From positions 28,072 to 92,071 of the forward strand of contig CAWHLP010000009.1 of NCBI GenBank assembly GCA_963830205.1: 64,000 bases of DNA, given 5' to 3'. Below are positions 33,343 through 43,900 of the stretch, one piece after another; position 1 is the first letter of the stretch; each line of letters opens with the position of its first letter. The position numbers and the translations under genes are program-made. This DNA comes from an uncultured Alphaproteobacteria bacterium (GTDB lineage: Bacteria > Pseudomonadota > Alphaproteobacteria > Rhizobiales > Kaistiaceae). Under the pieces are notes generated by a model, which worked only from the letters and a program-made list of their open reading frames with translations, made no database searches and was not told the DNA's origin.

Positions 33343-34395
33343 ATGCTGACGAGAAAGAAATTCCTGGGCCTTAGTGCTATAGCCGCCGCAGCACCGCTCG
33401 CCGCGCCCTTCGTCATCTCGGCCAAGGCCGCCGACAAGATCGTCTGGAAGTCGTCGGGGCACGGTCCGGCATCCGATCCATCGCAAATCTACCACGACGC
33501 GCTCTGCAACGCGATCACCAAGGCCAGCAACGGCCGCCTGACCGTGAAGCCGTTCGTCGGCGGCTCCATCGTTCCTGCCTACCAGGAACTGGACGCTGTC
33601 GAGCAGAGTGTCCTGCAGATGGCCTACACCTGCCCGATGTACAACCTCGACAAATGGCCGGCCGCCGGACTGATTAGCTCGCGCCCGGGCTGCCTGCCGG
33701 GCAATGCGCTGAGAAGCTGGTTCGACTTCGGCGGCGGCGCCGACCTCATGAACAAGATGATGGGCGAGGACTACAACGCACTGACCTTCCCCGGCGCGCT
33801 GTCGCCGCTTCCGCAGGAGGTCTTCTTCCATTCCAAGGTCAAGCTGGAAAGCATGGCGGACGTCAGGGGGCTCAAAGCCCGTTGCATGGGCGACGGCGGC
33901 GAGATCTTCAAGCGCCTCGGCGCGGCGACTGTCATCATTCCGGGCGGCGAGCTTTACGAGGCGATGCAGCGCGGCACCATCGATGCCTTCGAGTACTCGA
34001 CCCTCGCGTCGAACTGGAAGATGCACTTCAATGAGGTCGCGAAGTACGTCTACATCTCGCCCACCCGCGCCCCCAGCGACCCGCAGGTGTTCTTCGTGAA
34101 CAAGACTGCCTGGCAGGCGCTTCCCGATGACCTCAAGGAGCTCGTCCAGGGAGAGATCGCGAAGTTCACCCAGGATCAGCACGAATACCTGGCGGCCGAA
34201 TCCATCAAGGCCATGGACGGTTTCCGCGCGGCCGGCAACGAAGTGCTGCGCGTGCCGAAGGATATCGATGAGGCGGTGCTGGCCGAGGCAGACAAGTTCT
34301 ATTCGGAAAAGAGCCAAAGCGAGTCGCCAATCTTCGGAGAGATTTACAACTCGATGAAGGGGTATGGCGAAGCTTATGACGCTGCCAACACATAA
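33343..34395 (+). CDS. TRAP transporter substrate-binding protein (DctP family)
   Basis: Signal peptide MLTRKKFLGLSAIAAAAPLAAPFVISAKA. DctP-like length and strings (GGELYEAMQRGTIDAFEYS). Followed by Q and M subunits. Confidence 0.88.
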   Translation: MLTRKKFLGLSAIAAAAPLAAPFVISAKAADKIVWKSSGHGPASDPSQIYHDALCNAITKASNGRLTVKPFVGGSIVPAYQELDAVEQSVLQMAYTCPMYNLDKWPAAGLISSRPGCLPGNALRSWFDFGGGADLMNKMMGEDYNALTFPGALSPLPQEVFFHSKVKLESMADVRGLKARCMGDGGEIFKRLGAATVIIPGGELYEAMQRGTIDAFEYSTLASNWKMHFNEVAKYVYISPTRAPSDPQVFFVNKTAWQALPDDLKELVQGEIAKFTQDQHEYLAAESIKAMDGFRAAGNEVLRVPKDIDEAVLAEADKFYSEKSQSESPIFGEIYNSMKGYGEAYDAANT

Positions 34396-34445
34396 GGCTC
34401 CGACTGTCCCGCAATAACCGCAGTCAGGACTGACGGGAGGAAAGC

Positions 34446-34964
34446 ATGTCGTTTATCCGGAAGCTGCCAAGCTACATCGACCGATTAAGTCTGGCCTCGG
34501 GTGCTTTGGGAAAGTGGTTTGCTTTTCTCCTGGTCCTGATCGGAACCTACGAAACCATCTCCCGCCATTTCTTCGACGCTCCGACCATCTGGGCTTACGA
34601 TTCCATGTGCATGGCGGGCGGCGCGATCTACCTGCTTGGCGCGTCCTATACGTATCTCAAGGATTCGCATACGCGGGTCGATCTGCTCTACAGCCGCTGT
34701 TCACCGCGGACGAAGGCACTCATCGACATCATCGGCGCGGCGATCTTCTTCTTCCCGTTGACTATCGTCATGCTGGAAATGGCTGTCCGCTGGGCCATCC
34801 GGGCCTGGCGGATCAAAGAAGTCATGTTCACCAGCTTCTGGTATCCGCCGGCTGGCCCCTACCGCACGCTGTTCGCGATCGGTCTTTTCCTGCTGATCCT
34901 ACAGGGCGCCGCAAAGTTCGCCCGGGACGTCTATTTCTTGGCGAAGGACAAAAACCTTGATTGA
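34446..34964 (+). CDS. TRAP transporter small permease (DctQ family)
   Basis: 172 aa, four predicted TM segments. Overlaps the large permease start by 8 nt. Confidence 0.85.
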   Translation: MSFIRKLPSYIDRLSLASGALGKWFAFLLVLIGTYETISRHFFDAPTIWAYDSMCMAGGAIYLLGASYTYLKDSHTRVDLLYSRCSPRTKALIDIIGAAIFFFPLTIVMLEMAVRWAIRAWRIKEVMFTSFWYPPAGPYRTLFAIGLFLLILQGAAKFARDVYFLAKDKNLD

Positions 34965-36303
34965 AATCAGCCCGGAAATCGTCGCCGTCCTCATGCTCGG
35001 GGGCGTATTCGTCCTCGCCTTGACGGGATTTCCAATTGCCTTCGTGATCGGCAGCATCGCCTTTTTCATCGGCATCGTGGCGTTCGGCGCGACCACGACG
35101 TTCCACATCCTCTACACCCGCTTCTACGACCTGTCCCTGAACTATCCGTATCTGGCGGTGCCGCTTTTCACCTTCATGGGTGTGGTCCTTCAAAAATCGG
35201 GAATCACCAAAGAGCTTTACCAACGGCTCTATGAAGCGCTGGGGACCGTCCGCGGCGGGCTATTGTTGGTGACGATCATCTTCGGAACCATCCTGGCCGC
35301 TTGCCTTGGCGTCATCGCCGCATCGGTGACAATCCTTGCTCTCATCGCCCTCAGCCCCATGGTCAGTCGTGGCTACGACAGGCCACTCGCTGCCGGCACC
35401 ATCGTAGCCTCCGGCACGCTGGGCATCCTCATCCCGCCCAGTATCATGCTCGTTGTTTACGCGCCGCAAGCCGGCCTTTCCATCGGGCAGATGTTCATGG
35501 GGGCGGTGTTCCCCGGACTGATCCTCTCCGCCCTTTACATCATCTACGTCGTCGTTCGCTGCAGGCTCGACCCGGCACTCGGCCCCCCCATCCCCGCCGA
35601 CCAGATGACGCCATTCACCTTCGACAAGATTCTGGGCCTGCTCATGGCGCTGGTGCCGCCGGTGGCGCTCATGCTCGCCGTTTTAGGGACCATCTTCGCG
35701 GGCATCGCCCCGCCAACCGAGGCCGCTGCGGTCGGAAGCTTCGCCTCGATCCTGTTGGCGATCCTCTATCGCAGGTTCAGCTGGGAGCTCATCAAGCAGG
35801 CCAGCATAGAAACCCTGCGGGTCAGCGCATTCGTGGTGCTCATCGCCGCCCTCTGCTACGCCTTCGTCGGAATCTTCATGAACGCGGGCTCGGGCGACGT
35901 GGTGGCCGAGATGATCTTGGCCGTGCCAGGTGGAAAATGGGCGTCCTTCCTCGTGATCATGCTCATCGTGTTTGCGCTCGGCATGTTCATCGAGTGGATC
36001 GGCATCGTGTTCATCATCGTGCCGATCTTCTCGCCCATCCTCGCGGCGCTCGGCTTCGATCCGCTGTGGGCCGGCATGATGATTTGCATCAACCTGCAGA
36101 TGGCCTTCCAGACGCCGCCGATGGCGATGTCCATCTTTGTGCTCAAGGGCGCTGCGCCCGCCGAAATCGGATTGACCATGGGAGAGATCATAAAGGGAGT
36201 TCTCCCCTTCGTGCTCATCATCATGTTCTCGCTGGTCCTGTTCACGATCTTTCCCGGGATCATCACTTGGTTGCCAGCGCAAATGATCGGCACTTCGCAC
36301 TAA
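34957..36303 (+). CDS. TRAP transporter large permease (DctM family)
   Basis: 448 aa, polytopic. Typical DctM strings (GILIPPSIMLVVY, FGMFIEWIGIVFIIVPIF). Confidence 0.92.
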   Translation: MIEISPEIVAVLMLGGVFVLALTGFPIAFVIGSIAFFIGIVAFGATTTFHILYTRFYDLSLNYPYLAVPLFTFMGVVLQKSGITKELYQRLYEALGTVRGGLLLVTIIFGTILAACLGVIAASVTILALIALSPMVSRGYDRPLAAGTIVASGTLGILIPPSIMLVVYAPQAGLSIGQMFMGAVFPGLILSALYIIYVVVRCRLDPALGPPIPADQMTPFTFDKILGLLMALVPPVALMLAVLGTIFAGIAPPTEAAAVGSFASILLAILYRRFSWELIKQASIETLRVSAFVVLIAALCYAFVGIFMNAGSGDVVAEMILAVPGGKWASFLVIMLIVFALGMFIEWIGIVFIIVPIFSPILAALGFDPLWAGMMICINLQMAFQTPPMAMSIFVLKGAAPAEIGLTMGEIIKGVLPFVLIIMFSLVLFTIFPGIITWLPAQMIGTSH

Positions 36304-36371
36304 GGTCCGTACCAATGGGGGTTCCGACGCGCGGTAGATGTGATTCAAGGTCTTCAGCGAACGAGGCCTTG

Positions 36372-36637
36372 ATGTGGAAGCATCTTTATTGGCTGAGCGA
36401 CAGCGAGGGGGCGAAGATCGAACCGCGACTGTCACGGGGGTCGGCGAACAGCGCGCCGGGTTGACGACCGCCGGGCAATCAATCAGCGGGATCATCCACA
36501 TGGTGAAGACCGGCGCCCGCTGGCGGGATTGCCGATTGGCCCATGGTCCCTACAGGACGAGCCCGCAGGGGATGTGGTTGGCCATCTTCCAAGCACTGAC
36601 CGACAAGACTTCCGGGCAAATGGCCTCGCCGCGTTGA
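36372..36637 (+). mobile_element. Decayed 5' fragment of an IS5-family (IS427-group-like) transposase gene
   Basis: MWKHLYWLSDSEGAKIEPRL (one frame) then ...SGIIHMVKTGARWRDCRLAHGPYRT (next frame). This resembles the conserved LFWLSDxQxxRLxP...LSGIxxVxRxGxRWRDxPxxYGPxxT N-terminus of this IS group. Frameshifted and truncated; no inverted repeats found. Confidence 0.55.
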
Positions 36638-36661
36638 CAACCGGCGCAGGCGATGCACAAT
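36634..36661 (+). promoter_or_regulatory. Promoter candidate for giant repeat-protein gene 1 (duplicated at 40401)
   Basis: TTGACA (36634-36639), 16 nt, CACAAT (36656-36661) with TG upstream. The same elements with the same spacing recur upstream of the paralog. Confidence 0.4.
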
Positions 36662-36942
36662 CGCTAGTTACAAATTGATCTAATTCCGAAGAGTTGGGGC
36701 CGACCAGGGGCAGCGATCGTCGGGTGCCTCGTGCCAGATCGGGATTTGCCGGCATCCGGCGGGACGCCGGCAAGGTCTTGACTGCCAAGCGCCGTGGCTG
36801 ACCGCGACGGGGATGCTGGGTGGGGCGTGTTGTGTGAGGCGCGAACGGCGCGGGCCAGTCTCCTGCGACGACCGAAAGCGATCGACGGATTGAAACCTGC
36901 GTCCGGGTCGGGCGTGACGGCCGCAAAGGAGAACACGTACCG

Positions 36943-39900
36943 ATGACCACCCCTCTCAAGGTCACCAACACCAACGACGCGGGCGCCGGCTCGCTGCGCG
37001 CCACCATCGCCGGTGCCAATGCCGGCGACACCATCGAGTTCGACCCGTCCCTCAAGGGACAGACCATCACGCTCACCTCTGGCGAGCTGGCGCTCACCCA
37101 GGACATCACCATCGACGGTGATATCGACGGCGACCACAAGGCCGACATCACCATCTCGGGCGGCGGCAACAGCCGGGTCTTCGACATCAGCGACGGCGCG
37201 AACACGACGATCGCCGCGACGCTCGAGAGCCTCGTCATAACGGACGGCAGCATCACAGGCAGCGGCGGCGGCATCTATGTGGGAGCGAACGACAAACTGA
37301 CGCTGATCGACTCGACGGTTTCGGACAACACCGCAACGACTCGGGGCGGCGGCATATTCGGTGCGGTGGGCGCCGGCACCGCGATCACCGTCGTCAACTC
37401 GACCATTGCGGACAACAACAGCGTATACGTATCGGGCGGCGGCATCGCGGCCGGGTCCTACGCAGCCATCACGTTGGTCAACGCGACCGTCTCGGGCAAC
37501 AGCGCCGGCGGCTCGGGCGGTGGCATCTACGGATTTCAGTTCAACGCAATTGCACTCTACAATTCTACCGTGACCGGCAACTATGCCGTTAGCACGGCCG
37601 GCGGCATCTACAACGACGGCACGACCGGGGTGACGACGCTGGGCAACTCCATCGTCGCTGGCAATGCCGCCCACACAAGTGGCAACGATCTCTACGGCGG
37701 CGGCACCCCCAGCGCGTTCGTGCTCTCGGGCAGCAACATCATCGGCTCGGCGCCGGTCAATTTCGCATCGACCTTGGGGCCGGCCGCGACGCAGATCGAC
37801 GGCACCAGCCAGACCGCCCTGGAGACGGTGTTCGCCTCGGTTGCGAACGATCCGCATTCCGGCGTGCTCTCGGGCGTTCTCGGCAACAATGGCGGGCCGA
37901 CCAAGACCGTTGCCATCGCGCCCGACGGGATTGCCGACGGCGCCGGCTACACCGGTGCGCTGCCCACCGAAGCGGACCTCGGCGTCGACGTGAATGGCAA
38001 CGGCACCATCGAGTCGGCGGCGATCTCGGTCGACCAGACGGGCAACGCGCGCGTCCAGGGCGGGCTCGACATCGGTGCCTATGAGGTCGCCGGCCCGGTA
38101 GTGACCACCAACAGCGACAGCGGCGCCGACCAGGGGTTCGCCGGCTCATTGGCCGCCGATGCTGCCGACGGCGGCGGGCTTAGCCTGCGCGAGGCGATCC
38201 ATTGGGCGCAAGCAGGCGACACAATCACCTTCGATTCGTCCCTGAAGGGACAGACCATCACCTTGTTGGCCGGCCAGTTGACGCTGGCCCAGGACCTGAC
38301 CATCGACGGCGACGTCAACGGCGACCACAAGGCCGACATCACCATCTCGGGCAACGATGCTAGCCGTATCTTCAACATCGGCAACTCGGGCACGGACGTC
38401 ACGCTTCACAGCCTGACGCTGACCCACGGCCGTGTTTCAGGGGGCCTTAATTTCTCTTACTCCGGTGGAGCGATCTCTGCCGTGGACGGTACGTCGCTCA
38501 ATATTGTCGACAGCTCGATCACCGACAGCTATGCGTCCGCCTCCGGCGGCGGAATTTCTAGCAACGGCTTGCTGAGCATCGCGAACTCGACGGTCTCGGG
38601 CAATATCGGGTATTACGGCGGCGGTATCAGCGTTGCCGGGCTTGGCTCCGCCTCCTATCTCTCCAACGTCACCGTCAGCGGGAATTTCGGGGAACATGGC
38701 GGCGGCATCGCGACCGCATCCGTCGTGAAGCTCTACGACAGTACGCTCGCAGGCAATACGGCGGTCGACGGCGGGGGCCTCGATTTCTTCGTCGGTTCGA
38801 CGGTGACCGTCATCAATACGGTCGTTGCCGGCAACTCGGCCAGTGGCGCCGGCATCGACATTGCGGTCGACGGCGGCAGCGGCATCGGCACACTGCGAGC
38901 TGGTGCCAGCTTCCTGGGCTCGGCGGTCGGTATCGCCAGTTCCGCCACGTATGCCTTCACCGATTACGGCATAAATCAGCTTGCCGCCGGCAATCCGCTG
39001 CTTGGGCCGCTGGGCGATCACGGCGGCACCGTCCAGACGATGGGCATCCTGGCTGGCAGCCCGCTGATCGGAGCGGGCTACGGCCATTCTCCGGCACTGC
39101 CCGTCGATTATCTCGACGTCGATCATGACGGCAACACCGCCGAGCTGCTGCCGATCGACGCCAACGGCAACCCGCGCGTTCAGGGCGTCCTCGATATCGG
39201 CGCCACCCAGTTCACCGGCCAGCCGCAGTTCTTCATGAGCGGCGACTTCAACGGCGACGGCATCGACGACATGGCCTGGCGCAGCCGTTCGAGCGGCTAC
39301 GTCGCCACCTGGCTGCTAAACAGCAGTACCCACCGGACGTTGGTTCATCCAAGCAATGCCACCACCGACTGGGAGGCGCTCGCCCCCGGCGACTATAACG
39401 GCGACGGCATCGATGACATCGCTTGGCGCAACACCTCGACCGGCTATGTGTCGGTGTGGCTGATGGACAGCAACGGCCACCGGCACGCCGTCCATTCCGG
39501 CGACGCCAGCAGCGCCTGGGAGGCGCTCGCCCCCGGCGACTTCAACGGCGACGGCATCGATGACATCGCCTGGCGCAACAGTTCGACCGGCTATGTGTCT
39601 GTCTGGCTGATGGACAAGAACGGCCACCGGCACGTCGTCCATTCCGGCGATGCCAGCAGCGCCTGGCAGGCGCTCGCCCCCGGTGACTACAACGGCGACG
39701 GCATCGACGACATCGCCTGGCGCAACAGTTCGACCGGCTATGTGTCTCTCTGGCTGATGGACAAGAACGGCCACCGGCACGTCGTCCATCCCAGCGACGC
39801 CACCAGCGACTGGCAGGCGCTTGCCCCCGGCGACTACAACGGCGACGGCATTACCGACATCGCCTGGCGCAACACCTCGACCGGCTATGTGTCGGTGTGG

Positions 39901-40266
39901 CTGATGGACAAGAACGGCCACCGGCACGCCGTCCATTCCGGCGATGCCGGCAGCGACTGGCAGGCGCTCGGCTCCGGCGACTACAACGGCGACGGCATCG
40001 ACGACATGGCCTGGCGCAACACCGCGACCGGCTATGTGTCGGTGTGGCTGATGGACAAGAACGGCAAGCGGCACTTCGTCCATTCCGGCGACGCCACCGC
40101 CGACTGGCAGGCGCTCTCGCCCGGTGACTACAACGGCGACGGGATTACCGACATCGCCTGGCGCAACACGTCGACCGGCTATGTGTCGGTGTGGCAGATG
40201 GACAAGAACGCCCATCGCCACGTCGTCCATCCCAGCGATGCCCCCAACATCTGGCAAGCGGTCTGA
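36943..40266 (+). CDS. Large repeat protein 1: two CSLREA/choice-of-anchor-Q-like parallel beta-helix modules + C-terminal seven-blade FG-GAP/VCBS-like propeller
   Basis: 1107 aa. Module starts TNTNDAGAGSLRATIAGANAGDTIEFDPSLKGQTITL and TTNSDSG...GGLSLREAIHWAQAGDTITFDSSLKGQTITL. NST/NAT..GN.A..GGGI rungs. Each module ends LLGPLGDHGGTVQTM..GSPLIGAG. Then 7 x 49-aa GDYNGDGIDDIAWRN.STGYVSVWLMD.NGHRH repeats. No N-terminal signal peptide. Confidence 0.85.
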   Translation: MTTPLKVTNTNDAGAGSLRATIAGANAGDTIEFDPSLKGQTITLTSGELALTQDITIDGDIDGDHKADITISGGGNSRVFDISDGANTTIAATLESLVITDGSITGSGGGIYVGANDKLTLIDSTVSDNTATTRGGGIFGAVGAGTAITVVNSTIADNNSVYVSGGGIAAGSYAAITLVNATVSGNSAGGSGGGIYGFQFNAIALYNSTVTGNYAVSTAGGIYNDGTTGVTTLGNSIVAGNAAHTSGNDLYGGGTPSAFVLSGSNIIGSAPVNFASTLGPAATQIDGTSQTALETVFASVANDPHSGVLSGVLGNNGGPTKTVAIAPDGIADGAGYTGALPTEADLGVDVNGNGTIESAAISVDQTGNARVQGGLDIGAYEVAGPVVTTNSDSGADQGFAGSLAADAADGGGLSLREAIHWAQAGDTITFDSSLKGQTITLLAGQLTLAQDLTIDGDVNGDHKADITISGNDASRIFNIGNSGTDVTLHSLTLTHGRVSGGLNFSYSGGAISAVDGTSLNIVDSSITDSYASASGGGISSNGLLSIANSTVSGNIGYYGGGISVAGLGSASYLSNVTVSGNFGEHGGGIATASVVKLYDSTLAGNTAVDGGGLDFFVGSTVTVINTVVAGNSASGAGIDIAVDGGSGIGTLRAGASFLGSAVGIASSATYAFTDYGINQLAAGNPLLGPLGDHGGTVQTMGILAGSPLIGAGYGHSPALPVDYLDVDHDGNTAELLPIDANGNPRVQGVLDIGATQFTGQPQFFMSGDFNGDGIDDMAWRSRSSGYVATWLLNSSTHRTLVHPSNATTDWEALAPGDYNGDGIDDIAWRNTSTGYVSVWLMDSNGHRHAVHSGDASSAWEALAPGDFNGDGIDDIAWRNSSTGYVSVWLMDKNGHRHVVHSGDASSAWQALAPGDYNGDGIDDIAWRNSSTGYVSLWLMDKNGHRHVVHPSDATSDWQALAPGDYNGDGITDIAWRNTSTGYVSVWLMDKNGHRHAVHSGDAGSDWQALGSGDYNGDGIDDMAWRNTATGYVSVWLMDKNGKRHFVHSGDATADWQALSPGDYNGDGITDIAWRNTSTGYVSVWQMDKNAHRHVVHPSDAPNIWQAV
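39241..40263 (+). repeat. Seven tandem 147-bp coding repeats (propeller blades) in gene 1
   Basis: Blade unit GD(Y/F)NGDGI(D/T)D(I/M)AWRN(T/S)(S/A)TGYVS(V/L)WLMD(K/S)NGHRH.VH(S/P)(G/S)DA...W(Q/E)AL.P counted seven times. The last copy is two codons short. Confidence 0.9.
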
Positions 40267-40400
40267 GGGGCACCGCCGGAAAAACGGCACGCAAACGCCC
40301 CTCCGCGCATACGCCCGGACAGCACGGCGCCGCTCTCGCCGCAACTTCTTGGCGCAGCGGCGGAAGCTGCGCACGGCTTCGGTCGCCACCGCGCGCCGCG

Positions 40401-40428
40401 TTGACAACCGACGCTGGCAATGCACAAT
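40401..40428 (+). promoter_or_regulatory. Promoter candidate for giant repeat-protein gene 2 (copy of 36634)
   Basis: TTGACA (40401-40406), 16 nt, CACAAT (40423-40428). Flanking ~85 nt are nearly identical to the copy upstream of gene 1. Confidence 0.4.
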
Positions 40429-40718
40429 CTCCAGTTATGAATTGATAAAATTCCGAAGAGTTGGGGCCGGCCGAAGGGCGACCGGTATCGGAACCCAACG
40501 CCAAGCCGAAATTGCGCCGGCATCCTGCGGGACGCGGCACAGCTTTGATCGCCCCACGCCTTGATTGGTCGCGTGGGCGAATTGGAACGGTGCACTTTTC
40601 GGTGCTGAGTCGCGAGCACCGGCGCAGACGATTTCACACGAATACCATTCGCTGAAGCGGTCGAGCGATCTGAGCCCGGAATCCGACCGACGCAACAGCT
40701 TCCTGGAGGACGAGTGTG

Positions 40719-40883
40719 ATGACCCTGCCCACTATCCGGACTGTCACCAAAACCGCCGACTCCGACATCGCCTGGCGGCGCAGTTCGGGCCGTGCCGTCG
40801 CCATCTGGCGGATCAAGAGCGCCGACCAGATCGGCCCCTCCGGCAGTCCCGGCAGCCTCGGCACCACATGGAGCGCCATCTGA
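40719..40883 (+). CDS. Possible 54-aa ORF encoding a single degenerate propeller-blade-like module
   Basis: GGAGGA 8 nt before ATG 40719. MTLPTIRTVTKTADSDIAWRRSSGRAVAIWRIKSADQIGPSGSPGSLGTTWSAI echoes the blade consensus DIAWRNSSTGYVSVWLMD...W.AL. Below the ORF-track size cutoff. Confidence 0.25.
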   Translation: MTLPTIRTVTKTADSDIAWRRSSGRAVAIWRIKSADQIGPSGSPGSLGTTWSAI

Positions 40884-40956
40884 AGCGGACACCAGGACAG
40901 ATACTTCGAACCAACGCCAGCTACGCACAACCCAACCCAGGAGGGGGATAGGCATC

Positions 40957-43900
40957 ATGACCGTCGCGATTACCGTCACTAATACCAATGATCATGGCGA
41001 CGGCTCGCTGCGCCAGGCGATCCTCGACGCCACTGCCGGCGAGACCATCGAGTTCGACCCGTCCCTCAAGGGCAAGACCATCACGCTCACATCGGGCCAG
41101 CTCATGCTGTACCAGGACGTCACGATCATTGGTGACGTCGACAACGACGGCAAGGCGGACATCACCATCTCCGGCGATGCCAATCACAGCGGCACGGCCA
41201 ATTCCGGCGACAGCCGCATCTTTCTCATCAACTACGCTGGTACCGATGTCGAACTCGACAGCCTGACGCTGACCGGAGGATACAGCTACGTCGGTGGCGC
41301 AATCGCCGCGTACAACGGCACGAGCCTCACACTCATCAACAGCACCATCTCCGGGAACACCGCGTCCGCAGGCGCCGGCGGCATTTTCATGCTGCCCAAC
41401 ACCGTGCTCACCGTCGAGAACTCGACCATCTCGGGCAATGCCGCGCCCATCGGCGGCGGCCTCGTCATCGAAGGAACGGCCACTCTCACCAACGTCACCA
41501 TGACCGGGAATACCGCCACCGGTCACGATGGTGGGGCCATCGAAACGACCCAAGCGACGGTGACCATCCTCGACAGCACGATCGTGGGCAACACCGCTCA
41601 CCAGTATGGCGGGGGCATCAACCTCGCCGTGGCCTCGTCCCTGACCATCTCCAATTCGGTGGTTGCGAACAACACGGCCAGCACCGGTCCCGACATCGGC
41701 GACACAACCGGCAACAACACGATCGTCGCCGGATACGACTTCTTTGGCACCGACGTCTCAGGGATTGCCGGCTTCACCAGCAACGGCAGCAACTTCCTCA
41801 ACGCCGGCGACCCCAGGCTGGGGCCGCTCGGTGACCATGGCGGCCCGGTCAAGACCATGGTGCCTCTCGCCAACAGTCCGCTGGTCGACGCGGGATTGGC
41901 CGGGCTGTTGCCCACCGATGCGCTGGATATCGATCACGACGGGAACTACGACGAAAGACTGCCGCTCGACGCCAACGGCAAACCCCGCGTCCAGGGCGCG
42001 CTCGATATCGGCGCCGTGGAGGTCGGCGGCCCGGTGGTGACCACCAATAGCGACACCGGTGTGGACAAGGTGATTGGCACTTCTTTCGCCGCCGATGTCG
42101 CCGACGGCAGCGGCCTCAGCCTGCGCGAGGCGCTCGCATGGGCCGCGCAGGGCGACACCATCACCTTCGCTTCGTCGCTCAAGGGCCAGACCATCAGGCT
42201 GATCGGCGGCCAACTGAATTTGACCCGCGACGTCACCATCGATGGCGACGTCAACGGCGACCACAAGGCCGACATCACCATCTCCGGCGATGCCAACAAC
42301 AGCGGCACTGCCAACGCCGGCGACAGCCGCATCTTCAACGTCGGCAACGACCTCGACGTCGGGCTCGCCAGCCTGACGCTGACCAACGGCTATACCACCG
42401 GCAGCGGCGGCGCGATGTATGTCGGGGCTGGGACGACGCTGCTCCTCGCCGACAGCACCATCACACGGAGCGTCGCCGGCCTTGGGGGCGCAATCGCTAC
42501 CAAAGGCGACCTGTTCATCGGCAATTCGACGATCGCGAACAATTCGGCAGGCAGTGGCGGCGGCATCGACATCACGGCCACGGGTACTGCCACCATCGTT
42601 AACGCCACCATCACTGGGAACACTGCCACATACTTTGGCGGCGGCATCGAGACCAACACCAGCATTCTCTACATCCACAGCAGCACGATCGTCGGCAATC
42701 ACTCTGGCGGCTACAGCGGCGGCATCGATCTCTTCCATGGCTCGTTGTCGAACATCTTCAATACGGTCGTCGCCGGCAATACGGCGGCGTCGGGGCCCCC
42801 CGACGTCGGCGATTCAGGCGGCGGCTACAATGCGCTGCTAGTCGCGGCCAGTTTCTTCGGCACTGACGTTTCCGGGTTGCCCCACTTCACGGACAACGGC
42901 GGCAACATCAACAACGGCGGCAATCCACTGCTCGGTCCGTTGGGCGACCATGGCGGCAGCGTCAAGACTATGGACATCCTCAACGGCAGCCCGCTGATCG
43001 ACGGCGGCGATGCGAGCTGGCTGCCCGTCGACCTGCTCGACGTCGATCACGACGGCAACACGGCGGAGAGGCTACCCGTCGACGCCAACGGCAATCCGCG
43101 CACCCAGGGCGTCCTCGACATCGGCGCCACCCAGTTCGTCGCCGAGCCGCAGTTCTTCATCAGCGGCGACTTCAACGGCGACGGCATCGACGACATAGCC
43201 TGGCGCAATCGTTCGAGCGGATACGTGTCCGCCTGGCTGATGGACAAGAACGCCCACCGCCACGCCGTCCATCCGAGCAACGCCACCAGCGACTGGGAGG
43301 CGCTCAGCCCCGGCGACTACAACGGCGACGGCATCGACGACATCGCCTGGCGCAATACGTCGAGCGGCTATGTGTCGGTGTGGCTGATGGACAAGAACGG
43401 CAATCGGCACGCCGTCCATTCCGGCGACGCCAGCAGCGCCTGGCAGGCGCTCGCCCCCGGCGACTTCAACGGCGACGGGATTACCGACATCGCTTGGCGC
43501 AACAGTTCGACCGGCTATGTGTCCGTCTGGCTGATGGACAGCAACGGCCACCGGCACGTTGTCCATTCCGGCGACGCCACCAGCGCCTGGCAGGCGCTCG
43601 CCCCCGGCGACTACAACGGCGACGGCATTACCGACATCGCCTGGCGCAACACGTCGACCGGCTACGTGTCTGTCTGGCTGATGGACAGCAACGGCCACCG
43701 GCACGTCGTCCATCCCAGCGACGCCACCAGAGGCTGGGAGGCGCTTGCCCCCGGCGACTATAACGGCGACGGCATTACCGACATCGCCTGGCGCAACACC
43801 GCGACCGGCTATGTGTCTCTCTGGCTGATGGACAAGAACGGCCACCGGCACGCCGTCCATTCCGGCGACGCCGGCGGCGGCTGGCAGGCGCTCGGCTCCG

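Noticed and set aside
40565-40951. 128-aa plus-strand ORF in the spacer between the giant genes
   Set aside because: No SD and an Arg/His-rich, non-protein-like sequence. It overlaps the more plausible 54-aa blade-like ORF in another frame.
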